A DNA stretch of 64,000 bases from Spirochaetota bacterium (GTDB lineage Bacteria > Spirochaetota > UBA4802 > UBA5550). Of the stretch, positions 28,837 to 38,311 are shown piece by piece. The notes under the pieces were generated by a model that was given only the letters and a program-made list of their open reading frames with translations, was not told the origin of the DNA and did no database searches. The position numbers were made by a program, and so were the translations under genes. Position 1 is the stretch's first letter, and every line of letters starts with the position of its first letter. The stretch covers positions 2,112,001-2,176,000 of the forward strand of contig OY760686.1 in the NCBI GenBank assembly GCA_963663865.1, written 5' to 3'.

Positions 28837-30678
28837 TTATTCTTCAGGCAAACGGCCTTTCTTTTTTGTGTACAGCGCCCTTGATAAAATCTTTCTGTGT
28901 TCTCCGGAACTCTCTTCCTTGAGAAGCCGCTCAATGGCTTCCCTGACTCCCGGATATTCTCTGTTCCTGAGCAGATACCTGTACATTGTACCGCGTACAA
29001 TGTCATTGTCTTCATTTTCAGCGGAGCTGATTACAGCCTGCACCACCCGATCATCAGGCACATTCTCAATAAGTGAAGTAACTATAGTATTTCTAACATT
29101 CACATTGTTTTCTGTCTCCAGGGCATCGGCAAGCATGCCGTTTGCCCGCGGTGTTTTTATGGCGCCAACCGCCGATGCCGCGGCGCTTCTGACTCTGAAA
29201 TCCGGGTCCTTCACATATCTCGCTACGTCGTCGAGCATCTTGCTGTCGCCGGTATTCCCCGCTGAGTGAATCAGAGCCGTCTTGATGTTGACATCAGCCG
29301 AGCTGTGAAGCTCGCTCCGAATTCTGCCCTTGATTCTGTCGGATATTTTCGATTTATCACTTTGTGCTGCACTCGCGGCCGAAGCTGCCGTTCCGAGGGA
29401 CAGAACGGCCGACGTTCCTACGGACACATCGCCTTCTGCGGCCTCAAGAGCCCGTGCAGAATCGAAGGCTTCCCATAACGAGTCGATAGAACCCTCGCTG
29501 TGTTCAGACACAAAGCCGAAGGAAACAGCAGCCTGAACCCGGCCCGGCCCGGAGATTTCCCTGTCATGCATGATATTCGAGAGCGCCCGCTGTGATTTTT
29601 CACTTCCATTCCTTCCCAGAGCGTGGACAAGCATTGCCTGATGCACCGGTATGAGTTTGACAGTCTTGATGTATTCATGTATCTCCGATGCTGACTCGGG
29701 CCTGAGTTCAAGGTATTTCATTATCATTGCTATTGCCGCCGCGCTGAATCCCGGATTTTCCCTGAACAGGCCGTCTATTATCATTTTCAAAGGCTTATCC
29801 CCGAAGAGTTCCCTGAATCGGCTTTCCCTGATATAATCGTCAGATGAATCTCGGTTCTTCTCATGATAACCCGGGCCTGCTGTTACTATTAAATCAGTGT
29901 CTAATGCAGACGAAGATAATGAAGCAGGCGGCTTAATATATGTAACATTTAAAGACACAGAAGTTGAAACCTTAAAGTAAGGCTCATCCCCCTGATAAAA
30001 AACGAGAAGCTCTTCACCTTCCGCTCCCGCCACCCACGGAGACCTGTCCTTAAAATCAAAGGACATCCTGGACTTTTTAACTTCAATCCTGTTTTCGTTT
30101 TCGGTTATATATTCTATTTTTTCCTTTGAAACACGGCTGCCTTCAATGCGGTAAGAAGCGCTGTAATACCCGTTGGTGTCCGCCTCCTGAGTCTCCCACC
30201 TTCCAAATATAGGGTTGCCGTTTACAAACTGCAAAGTCCTCATAATTCCGGAAAGAAGTTCACGGTCGCGGTCACTCATCCCTTTCATAAATCCAAAGGA
30301 TACAAACCTTCCGCTTCGGTCAATATCCGCGGTAAAAGGGGACATGTAAATTCGCTTAAGCTCATTGCTGTTTACGCCTCCGAGCCTCATTTCAAGCTCT
30401 GAAAACTGAAAACGCGTCCTTACAACATCACGTGAGGTATCAACAATGATGAAATTCAGAAAACCGTGCATCTCGAGATTTTCGCGCATATCGGAAATTC
30501 CCGGTTTATCCGCAAGCATGGCGACTCTAAGCTTTAAAGAGTAAACAGCTCCTGAATTTACCGTAAAGTCGAGCCTGACGCCATCTCCCTTGAAGGCAAA
30601 GAAGAGTAAGGCAATTGCGGCAGCGCCTGCTGCCGCAAGGAGATAGATTGCCCTTTTTTTTAAAGTACCTGACACCAT
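28837..30678 (-). CDS. membrane-anchored/exported protein with vitellogenin/MTP-like N-terminal beta domain and HEAT-like superhelical domain
   Basis: N-terminal hydrophobic helix; PFTADIDRSG…LLSGIMRTLQ…QEADTNGYYSASY; LVHALGRNGS, AVLSLG, LIHSAGNTG…RVRSAAASA; start reassigned to ATG after GGAG. Confidence 0.75.
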   Translation of the reverse strand: MVSGTLKKRAIYLLAAAGAAAIALLFFAFKGDGVRLDFTVNSGAVYSLKLRVAMLADKPGISDMRENLEMHGFLNFIIVDTSRDVVRTRFQFSELEMRLGGVNSNELKRIYMSPFTADIDRSGRFVSFGFMKGMSDRDRELLSGIMRTLQFVNGNPIFGRWETQEADTNGYYSASYRIEGSRVSKEKIEYITENENRIEVKKSRMSFDFKDRSPWVAGAEGEELLVFYQGDEPYFKVSTSVSLNVTYIKPPASLSSSALDTDLIVTAGPGYHEKNRDSSDDYIRESRFRELFGDKPLKMIIDGLFRENPGFSAAAIAMIMKYLELRPESASEIHEYIKTVKLIPVHQAMLVHALGRNGSEKSQRALSNIMHDREISGPGRVQAAVSFGFVSEHSEGSIDSLWEAFDSARALEAAEGDVSVGTSAVLSLGTAASAASAAQSDKSKISDRIKGRIRSELHSSADVNIKTALIHSAGNTGDSKMLDDVARYVKDPDFRVRSAAASAVGAIKTPRANGMLADALETENNVNVRNTIVTSLIENVPDDRVVQAVISSAENEDNDIVRGTMYRYLLRNREYPGVREAIERLLKEESSGEHRKILSRALYTKKKGRLPEE

Positions 30679-30679
30679 T

Positions 30680-32890
30680 CTACTCCGAATCAGAGGTATC
30701 GAGAGGCTGCAGGTTCTTGTCCTGAAGGTCAATCCAGTTGGTAGAAGTCAGATTCTCATAGTCATCTGAAGCAAACGTCAGAAAATCCATCTCAAACAGA
30801 GGGATTGAGAATGATGAATAGCTGTAAATCTCTTTTGACCACCTTTTTGTAAAGAGTACAAAGTTGATCTCAAAGTAGATGTCAATGTATCCGGCCGGAC
30901 CGGTAAGATAGAGTCCGACCTCCCTGTTAAGAGTTCCCTTTATTTTCCCCTCGTTTTCTCCTGTGCCCAACTCCGTAGTGGTATAGCACTTCTGTGAAAA
31001 GTCAAGTGTCACCACGTCCATGTAGGTGTATAGACCGACTGAGGCAAGGCCTGCAATGCTTGCGCTGGCGTCAGCCTGAGCGCTTCCCAGAAGCTGCATT
31101 GTCTTGTCGACAAGAAGGCTGCCGTCCTCGTTCACGTTCAATGTTAGACCCGGAGTAAAAGTCGCCTCTACACCGGCCTTCAGGGTAAACTTGAAGCAGT
31201 AGTACCACTGGACCTTCTCGAATTCCTTCGTGAACAGCACTATAGGATAAGACCAGTTGTTTTCTGAAAAGCCGCCAGCCGATTCCGATAGAACGACCTT
31301 GCTCGCGGCCTGCACATTCATCTCAAACCCGGAATTCTTAATGTCATAGGGATGGGACTGGGCATTCAGGTAGGTGTTTATCAGGCTCACTCTGTTGTTG
31401 AAAACATAAGCATCTGCATGGACTCCGAGGCTGTAGAGACTGTAGTTGTAGAAGAACATTCCTTCATGCGCCTCAGCCCCGGCTCCGAAGCTTTCATCTC
31501 CCACAGCGAACTCAAAGCCGTCCCAGAAGATAACGATGCTTCTGTAATCAGGGTCCTTCGGGTCCATTTTGCAATACGGGTATGTCTTGATTCCGTCATT
31601 CGGAGAAACCTCTACCTTTTCCAGAGTAAAAACAAGGTCCTCGGATTTGGAATTGTTTGAAGATGATATCTCCCTGCCGGCGTCTCCATCCTGATAGTAA
31701 TCGTCTTCCGAGTACTCGGAGTTATCCTGATTCGGAGAAATAAAGCGTGATTCCTGAACAGAGCCCTCAGGGTTAACAACGGCCTCAATTGTAAACTCAT
31801 GAGAACCGTAATCAGCGGCGCCCATTGAGTGGCGCAGATAACTCAACGGATAATCCTCTTCGAATGAAGAAGGAGGCTCTTCGGGCCATGCCTCGTAGTC
31901 GCTGAAGTAGTTGTAAGCTCCTCTGTCATCAGGAATGCGCAGACCCACAGTAATGCGCTCAGTCGTATTTGCCTTCAGTATTGGTATATAATAGGTCTCA
32001 ACCCAGCCGCCCATCGTTTTATCATAGATTTCAAGATTGACCCTGATAGTTTCATCGCTGTTCTTGATATAAAACTCTATCGGCACATTCAGCGCGTCTG
32101 CCGAAGAGGACTTAACCAGAACAGTCCCCGTAAAGTTTCTGTCCTTTTCGCTCGGTTTGACCTTAATTATCATCTTCTCTTCGTCAAGGCCGCTGTTGGA
32201 AATTCCCGGCAGGCCTGTAAGATCAACATTGTACCACACTACCACATCCGAAGGTTCGTCCTCACTGCCTGTAAAATGCATCTCTTCAACGGAAAGGTCT
32301 GGCTTTTTTATATAATCGCTTGCCACAAAAATAACATTCTCATTGTCAAGCCTGTCTTTAAATTTTCGATAGACAGTGTATGCGTCAATTTCAGCGTCCT
32401 CATTTTTGTTGACCTCAGCAAGAACGTAGAAGTAGCCGGTCTTGTAGTCATTTGTAAGAGGATCGCGCGAATCCTCAACTGGAACATTTATCACAATGCC
32501 GTACGTGTCAGTCCCGGAATTAAGCCTGGTTACTGTGGTACTGTCTGTCCTGTCACAGTAATATATGCGCATATCACTGGCGAAACCGATACCGTTCTCA
32601 TATTCCTCAACATCGTCAACATTTAGCAGATAGACCTGCAGTGGAACATTTTCCTCTTCATAATCAGCTGTAATTGTAACATTCACGGGCAGGTCATGGC
32701 CAATATATACCTTCTTAACGCTGTCTCCTCCAGTCATGACCCTGTCAACCGGAGGTTCAATCGTTGTGATTTCATAGGTGTTGTATGCCACTGGACTGTC
32801 ATCAACGCATCCCGCCGCGGGAAAAAACACGAGGACTGTTAACAGCGCTGCTGATGACGCTGCCGTCTTAATCATTCTCATTCTCATCAC
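30680..32890 (-). CDS. large acidic lipoprotein with CARDB/Ig-like domains and C-terminal extended beta-sheet
   Basis: Lipobox PAAG-C; KPDLSV, AVVNPEGSVQES…NNS CARDB-like motifs; C-terminal ~290 aa of alternating hydrophobic beta strands. Confidence 0.75.
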   Translation of the reverse strand: MMRMRMIKTAASSAALLTVLVFFPAAGCVDDSPVAYNTYEITTIEPPVDRVMTGGDSVKKVYIGHDLPVNVTITADYEEENVPLQVYLLNVDDVEEYENGIGFASDMRIYYCDRTDSTTVTRLNSGTDTYGIVINVPVEDSRDPLTNDYKTGYFYVLAEVNKNEDAEIDAYTVYRKFKDRLDNENVIFVASDYIKKPDLSVEEMHFTGSEDEPSDVVVWYNVDLTGLPGISNSGLDEEKMIIKVKPSEKDRNFTGTVLVKSSSADALNVPIEFYIKNSDETIRVNLEIYDKTMGGWVETYYIPILKANTTERITVGLRIPDDRGAYNYFSDYEAWPEEPPSSFEEDYPLSYLRHSMGAADYGSHEFTIEAVVNPEGSVQESRFISPNQDNSEYSEDDYYQDGDAGREISSSNNSKSEDLVFTLEKVEVSPNDGIKTYPYCKMDPKDPDYRSIVIFWDGFEFAVGDESFGAGAEAHEGMFFYNYSLYSLGVHADAYVFNNRVSLINTYLNAQSHPYDIKNSGFEMNVQAASKVVLSESAGGFSENNWSYPIVLFTKEFEKVQWYYCFKFTLKAGVEATFTPGLTLNVNEDGSLLVDKTMQLLGSAQADASASIAGLASVGLYTYMDVVTLDFSQKCYTTTELGTGENEGKIKGTLNREVGLYLTGPAGYIDIYFEINFVLFTKRWSKEIYSYSSFSIPLFEMDFLTFASDDYENLTSTNWIDLQDKNLQPLDTSDSE

Positions 32891-34905
32891 ATGGCCTCCG
32901 CGAACATGGATATATAGTATTCAGCCGCGTCCTTGTGCCAGCCGAAGGGGTTATTCACGAAGTACTCCTTTACACCCTCAACGTATTCTCCGTAGGTGTC
33001 GTAATCCGCGTCTGCGGCTGAAACGCTGTCTTTTTTAATGGATATCCACAGGGGGTCCGGTGTGAAGTCCTCGGTGTCCGGCCCGTAGGTCATATAATAG
33101 CTCTTCCTGAAGACAGACTTTAAATACGCCGTCAGGTTTTCATTTTCAAACGCCGGCGACGCCACCTGTACTGCTCTGACTCTGACGGTCTGAATATCGG
33201 CCGGCTGAATCTCGGCGCGGTATGGATAATAGCTCCCTTCTAACGCCCCTCCGGCGAGCAGCCCGAGTCTGTAAGGGGAAGGCATATCGCCTTCAAACAG
33301 CGCCGGAACGATCTCACATCCGGCAAGGCTGGAAAGCGCCCAGGTATCGTGCGAATAAAACCTGTCATAGGGTGTCCCGCTGACAACGAATGCCGCATCG
33401 TATTCACCTGAAGCTACCTTGAGGGCCGCGTCCGCGGCGGAGTCGAACGAGTAGCTCATGTTTTCATTTACTGTTGTGTATGAGCGGATTATTTTCATAG
33501 CCGTCATGAAGGAACCAGAAGTCTTTGGGCCGACGTTTATTCTCGATCCGGCAGCCAGAAGGTCTGGAAGCAAAACACCTCCTGCCGAAAGGAGATGCAC
33601 GTACTCATAGTGAAGAGGGACAAGCTTTTTCATAGATGCTATCATTATGCTGTCAAACATATCAGAGGAACTCTTCAGGTAATTAAAAACATCGTCCTGA
33701 ACAAGCGCCATTCTTCCCTCGCCTCTCATTAAACGGTAGGCGTTTTCCCAGGTTCCGGTTGTGTTTACCTCTTTAAGCCCCACCCCGGTGTTCAGGGTCA
33801 TCAAATAATCAAGCTCTGTGTACATGTCGTGATATGAGCTTATCTCATAGTCAGTGAAAAAGTTGTCATCAACATTGACAGGTTCAAGCTCGGGATAGCC
33901 CGTCATTCTGCAAAGAGCTCTAAAATTCATCTTCTCAGGATTTCTTATAATGTAATCAACCGTCAAAGATGCCGTCAACTCATCCCATTTGCTGTTAATG
34001 GAACCGAACTCCTCAGCGTGTTCAAACAGGTAGTCAATAAAAATGTCAACGTTTGTGTCGTCAAAAGCGGGGCCTGCAACCAGCAGGGTTCTTACTGAGA
34101 TATTGCCGCTGATATCGTTTTCCTGGAACGGATAATCTCCGGCGAAGATTGTTCCTGTTTCACTGTAGCTCTTATTCCCGTCCGGCATACTGACCTTAAT
34201 CAGCTTTACGTCCGCCCCCGAGGGTATTGACTTAAAAACCTCCGAACCGGCCTCTGTCACAAAGAAGGCCGCGTCGCAGGCGCCGTCAAGAACGGCCTGC
34301 ACTCCGTCAGCCGGTTCCCTGTTCTGTTCCACACATGCCGCACCATAAGCATTGAGAATATTCCTGGAGGTAACGTACGTACCCGAGTCTTCCGGCCCGA
34401 TATTGACCCGGTGGGTTCCTGTAATATCCTCGAGTGAACCGATGCCAGATGAACCGCTGACCAGAAGATGAACCGTCTCCGTATAAAGGGACATTATTAC
34501 TTCTGTGGATGAGACTGCCCTGAGATAGTCTGTTTTTACACTGTCAGGATCGGCTTCATAATCTTCCTGACATTCCCTCTGAAGATAGTCGTAAACATCC
34601 TCCTGTACAAGGGCCATATAAGCGTCACCATGATATGTGTCGCCGCTTACAAGCCTTAGCGCGTTATCAAGAGAGCCGGCTGTAGCTCTGTTTTGCATAA
34701 AAATGCCCAGTGTCTCTGACGCGGAATTGACCAGACCTTGAGCGTAAGCATAAGAGCTGCTGCCTTCCGGCCCGCCCGCGAATATGTACTCGCCGATCGG
34801 ACGGCCCTGTTCGTCCTCAAGCGCTCTATCATCAATCAACTCGCATGAAAGAATGGAGCACATCAGACCTATTATCAGAAACGTCCTGGTATTTACGCAC
34901 CTCAT
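32887..34905 (-). CDS. lipoprotein with two tandem TAXI-family TRAP solute-binding domains
   Basis: Lipobox ILS-C; repeat 1 GGPEGSSSY, TAGSLDNA, ALVQED, LYTETVHL, VNIGPEDSGT; repeat 2 TTGTWENA, ALVQDD, LHYEYVHL, INVGPKTSGS. Confidence 0.85.
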   Translation of the reverse strand: MRCVNTRTFLIIGLMCSILSCELIDDRALEDEQGRPIGEYIFAGGPEGSSSYAYAQGLVNSASETLGIFMQNRATAGSLDNALRLVSGDTYHGDAYMALVQEDVYDYLQRECQEDYEADPDSVKTDYLRAVSSTEVIMSLYTETVHLLVSGSSGIGSLEDITGTHRVNIGPEDSGTYVTSRNILNAYGAACVEQNREPADGVQAVLDGACDAAFFVTEAGSEVFKSIPSGADVKLIKVSMPDGNKSYSETGTIFAGDYPFQENDISGNISVRTLLVAGPAFDDTNVDIFIDYLFEHAEEFGSINSKWDELTASLTVDYIIRNPEKMNFRALCRMTGYPELEPVNVDDNFFTDYEISSYHDMYTELDYLMTLNTGVGLKEVNTTGTWENAYRLMRGEGRMALVQDDVFNYLKSSSDMFDSIMIASMKKLVPLHYEYVHLLSAGGVLLPDLLAAGSRINVGPKTSGSFMTAMKIIRSYTTVNENMSYSFDSAADAALKVASGEYDAAFVVSGTPYDRFYSHDTWALSSLAGCEIVPALFEGDMPSPYRLGLLAGGALEGSYYPYRAEIQPADIQTVRVRAVQVASPAFENENLTAYLKSVFRKSYYMTYGPDTEDFTPDPLWISIKKDSVSAADADYDTYGEYVEGVKEYFVNNPFGWHKDAAEYYISMFAEAM

Positions 34906-35082
34906 TTCCTACCTCTCAATGACCGGTATTATTAACAGGCCGCATTGTTCCAGTTTTGGAACAATGCGCCTTATACTAAGGGAAATCTCCGGTTCTGACA
35001 GGAGCAATATTCCTTTAAAGAGCACAAGTCAAGCTATAAATGTTTATCTACATGAAGGATATGCTAATTTGCAGACACTGAG

Positions 35083-36267
35083 TTAATACTTATACACATC
35101 TCGCCGGTATTTAATCAGTTCAACTATATTCTCAAGCATGTTTTTATCGTGTTCGAAGCTGAAAATGATGTATCCACGCATGCCCGCGCTGTAGGCCGCG
35201 CTAATCTGCCTGATTGCGGTCTTCAGTTCCGTTGTTTCCTTGACCCTGACGCCCATAATTATCCTGCGGGAGCGTCCCGTAGACCTGGCTGCCTCAATAA
35301 ATTCCTCGTACTCAGCCATGTTGCCTGTATAACTCATAACACAGGCCATGTCTATAATGCCTTCATCGAGCCATGCGGGCCAGTCCTGAAAGTACACCTT
35401 GCGGCCGGCGCTGTAGCGGGGCATTACCGCGGCTGAGAGTACAAGTTCCGGATCAACAGATTTCACTGCCGAGCGTATCCGTCTGACCATATCGGTAACA
35501 TTCTCCCTTCGAAATTCGTCAAAGCTTTCCTTTTCCGACTTATCGCCGCCTCGTCTCCGCGACGTCGGATCATAACCATACCTGTTTATGAAAAGCTTAA
35601 CCGCACCGGGATTGTATCCGAAATCGCTCAAATCCTTTTTATAGTATGCGTTGTAACCGGAATAGGGATACCTGATAAAGTCCAGGTGAACACCGTCCAC
35701 TCTGTATCTGGTAACAATATCCCTTACTACTGAGGCGGTGTACTCCCGGACCTCCGGCAGCCCGGGATCAAGAAAGATGCCCTCGACAAGATTATCCTGC
35801 ATCTCCTTTCTCGTGTATTCCGTAATCGGCCTGCCCGCATGATCGTATGTTATCCATTTCGGATATCGGGCAACAACATGCCCCTCAGTGGGCGGATAGT
35901 CCTCAATGTCGAGGACATAGCTGACATTGACCCACGCGTGAACCCTGACGTTTAGGGATGATGTTTTTTCAATAAGACAAGCAAGAGGATCAAATCCCTT
36001 TTTAACTCCCTTTCCAGAGGGCTCTATATCCGAGCTGTAATAGGCATCTCCCCGGCCCCGCACCTGCACAAAGACCTGTGTAATCTCTGAATCTTCGATG
36101 ATATCAACCAGGTCCCTTACCTTTGAAGGAGTGGCTATACTGTCTCTTACAACCCACAGAGCTCCGTAAAAACCTCTGTTGACCTCAAGAGGCTTGATGT
36201 CCCGCGCACAGGCGGATAAAATCAGAAGAAAGGCGGCCGTGAAAGCCGCCAATAATTTACCAGTCAT
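35083..36267 (-). CDS. glycoside hydrolase-like family 10 (DUF187/YddW-DigH-like) lipoprotein
   Basis: Lipobox LSA-C; VFVQVRGRGDAYY, FDPL…VHAWVN, LDPGLPEVR, VDGVHLDFIRYP, QDWPAW. Confidence 0.87.
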   Translation of the reverse strand: MTGKLLAAFTAAFLLILSACARDIKPLEVNRGFYGALWVVRDSIATPSKVRDLVDIIEDSEITQVFVQVRGRGDAYYSSDIEPSGKGVKKGFDPLACLIEKTSSLNVRVHAWVNVSYVLDIEDYPPTEGHVVARYPKWITYDHAGRPITEYTRKEMQDNLVEGIFLDPGLPEVREYTASVVRDIVTRYRVDGVHLDFIRYPYSGYNAYYKKDLSDFGYNPGAVKLFINRYGYDPTSRRRGGDKSEKESFDEFRRENVTDMVRRIRSAVKSVDPELVLSAAVMPRYSAGRKVYFQDWPAWLDEGIIDMACVMSYTGNMAEYEEFIEAARSTGRSRRIIMGVRVKETTELKTAIRQISAAYSAGMRGYIIFSFEHDKNMLENIVELIKYRRDVYKY

Positions 36268-36338
36268 AAAACTCCCTGTTTCGTAAACTTTTTGTATTGT
36301 ATTTTCGGTCTGTTATCCTGAACACTGAAAGCCGCGCG

Positions 36339-38267
36339 TCACCTGAACATTATCTCCGTTCTTCGGTTTTTACCTCTGTTCTCAGGGCTCGTATTGGGCA
36401 CAAGGGGCTTTTCCTCCCCGTATCCGGCAGACTTGATTCTTTCAGGGCTTATCCCGTTCTTTACAAGAAATTCAGCAACCGAATCAGCCCTTCTTTCAGA
36501 GAGCCTCTGATTATAGTCCGAATCGCCTATATCGTCGGTGTGACCGCTGACCTCAATTTTCAGGCCTTGATCCCTCTTCATAATATCGGCAAGCCTCGAA
36601 AGTACCGGAAGCGATTCCTTCTTTAAATAAGATTTGCCGAACTCAAATAGAATATCCGGAACAACATAGCTTTTATCCCTCTGAATTCTGCGGAGCGTAA
36701 TCTCAGCGCCCTGCTGGCCGGCTGAGATCGAAGCCGTTCCCGGAAGATAACCGTCAGCTTCGGCCGTTATCGTTACACCTTCGCCTGCGGGAACTTTTAT
36801 CCTGCCATTGACCACAGGCCCTCTCGAACGGTAGAGCTCGCGCCCTCCGGAATCCAGCTTTACGACCTCAGCCCCGCCGCTTATCGCGCGGCCGGATTCA
36901 TCTTTAAGCTTAAGGCTAAACTCCCGCAAGGGCTGACCGTCCCCCTGCGGATCAGCGCCGCTGCCGTCTGCGGCTCCATCCCCCCCCTGATTACCAGGCT
37001 TAGCCACAGTATCAGTGAGCTTCTCCGGGTCCTTGCCCCTTACAGAGCTGCCGCCCTCTACAATTCGCGGATATGACTTCGCGCCGATCGCGTAGATATA
37101 GTTGCCGGCCGGAAGAAACAGAATTCCACCTGAAGCCGCCGGCTGGGAGACCGCGCCGGGAAACGGAGTCTGAAAGCTCCACAGCTCTCCGCCGGTCGAG
37201 AAATTTACCGAGCGGACATTACCATACGGAAGTTTCTCGCCTTTATAGCTGTTATAGGCAATGTAGAGCTGGTCCCTGACCGTCACGAAATGAGGAGAGG
37301 ACTTTTCAGCCGCCTCGATCTCCTTCAAAACAGAGCCGTCGGCCGGATCAATTACGAGTATTAGCCTGTTGTCAACGGCCGCGATTACAGCCCTGTCAGT
37401 GTAGCCCGGCACCGAGCTTATTATGCCGCCGTAATTCTTCGACCAGACCGTTTCTCCAGTCTTAATATCAAGGCTGTAAAGGGATTCTCCGACCGGCATA
37501 AATACGGATCTTTTATAGACCACCGGCGGATAGATAACGAGAGGTTTAGGCAGCCTTCTCTTCCACAAAGCGCTCCCGGTAGACGCGTCAAGAAGAACCG
37601 CCTCATAAATGCCGGTTCTGTAATCCATTGACTGTGTGATAACAAAGCTGTCATAGTATGTCGGAAAGGCCGAATAGCTGCTCACAGACTGGTTCATCCA
37701 GTTTTCGGCCCCGTTAGCGGTCTTCCTCGAGACAAGGGCGTTTCGCGTGCCGTACACAATCTCGTCCGACACGATTATCGGATCGGAGTAAATCCCGTTG
37801 CTCGGCATTCCCCTGACCGCGGGGGCGCCCGCCAGGCCAGTTCTTGCCCAGAGAACCCTGCCTGTGTGCTTGTTTATACAGTATACGGCAATGGGATCGG
37901 TAATGTAGAGGTAGTTTCCCTTCACCAGCGGATACTTTACCTTGCCGGCTCCATGGTGGATGTGCCTGAACGGAGCTGACGTCTCTTTCATGGATATCTT
38001 CCATTTGAACCGGCCCGTCTCCTCGCTCAGGCAGTAGACATGCCCGGTGTGATCAACAAAGAAGACGAGGCCGTCTGAAACCACCGGATTGTAGACCCTC
38101 GCGTCAGCCTGATAAAGCCATTTCAGGTTCGAATTGGGAACCACAATCTCGTCATTGTTGCCAGTGAAATAGATATTGCCTTTGTAGATGGGCCAGTCGG
38201 TTGAAGCATAAACGTGCATATTTACTAACAATACTGCAAAGGCCGCTGCGCGCAGGAATTGTTTCAT
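36339..38267 (-). CDS. PQQ-type (BamB-like) beta-propeller protein with C-terminal OmpA peptidoglycan-binding domain
   Basis: Signal peptide; Trp-docking repeats (ETGRFKW, HTGRVLW, STGSALW, KTGETVW); ILFEFGKS…GHTDDIG…NQRLSERRA…GYGEEKP…NRRTE. Confidence 0.9.
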   Translation of the reverse strand: MKQFLRAAAFAVLLVNMHVYASTDWPIYKGNIYFTGNNDEIVVPNSNLKWLYQADARVYNPVVSDGLVFFVDHTGHVYCLSEETGRFKWKISMKETSAPFRHIHHGAGKVKYPLVKGNYLYITDPIAVYCINKHTGRVLWARTGLAGAPAVRGMPSNGIYSDPIIVSDEIVYGTRNALVSRKTANGAENWMNQSVSSYSAFPTYYDSFVITQSMDYRTGIYEAVLLDASTGSALWKRRLPKPLVIYPPVVYKRSVFMPVGESLYSLDIKTGETVWSKNYGGIISSVPGYTDRAVIAAVDNRLILVIDPADGSVLKEIEAAEKSSPHFVTVRDQLYIAYNSYKGEKLPYGNVRSVNFSTGGELWSFQTPFPGAVSQPAASGGILFLPAGNYIYAIGAKSYPRIVEGGSSVRGKDPEKLTDTVAKPGNQGGDGAADGSGADPQGDGQPLREFSLKLKDESGRAISGGAEVVKLDSGGRELYRSRGPVVNGRIKVPAGEGVTITAEADGYLPGTASISAGQQGAEITLRRIQRDKSYVVPDILFEFGKSYLKKESLPVLSRLADIMKRDQGLKIEVSGHTDDIGDSDYNQRLSERRADSVAEFLVKNGISPERIKSAGYGEEKPLVPNTSPENRGKNRRTEIMFR

Positions 38268-38311
38268 GACAGTCTCCAAAATCGGGATTCCGCAAGACTA
38301 CATTATTCATT

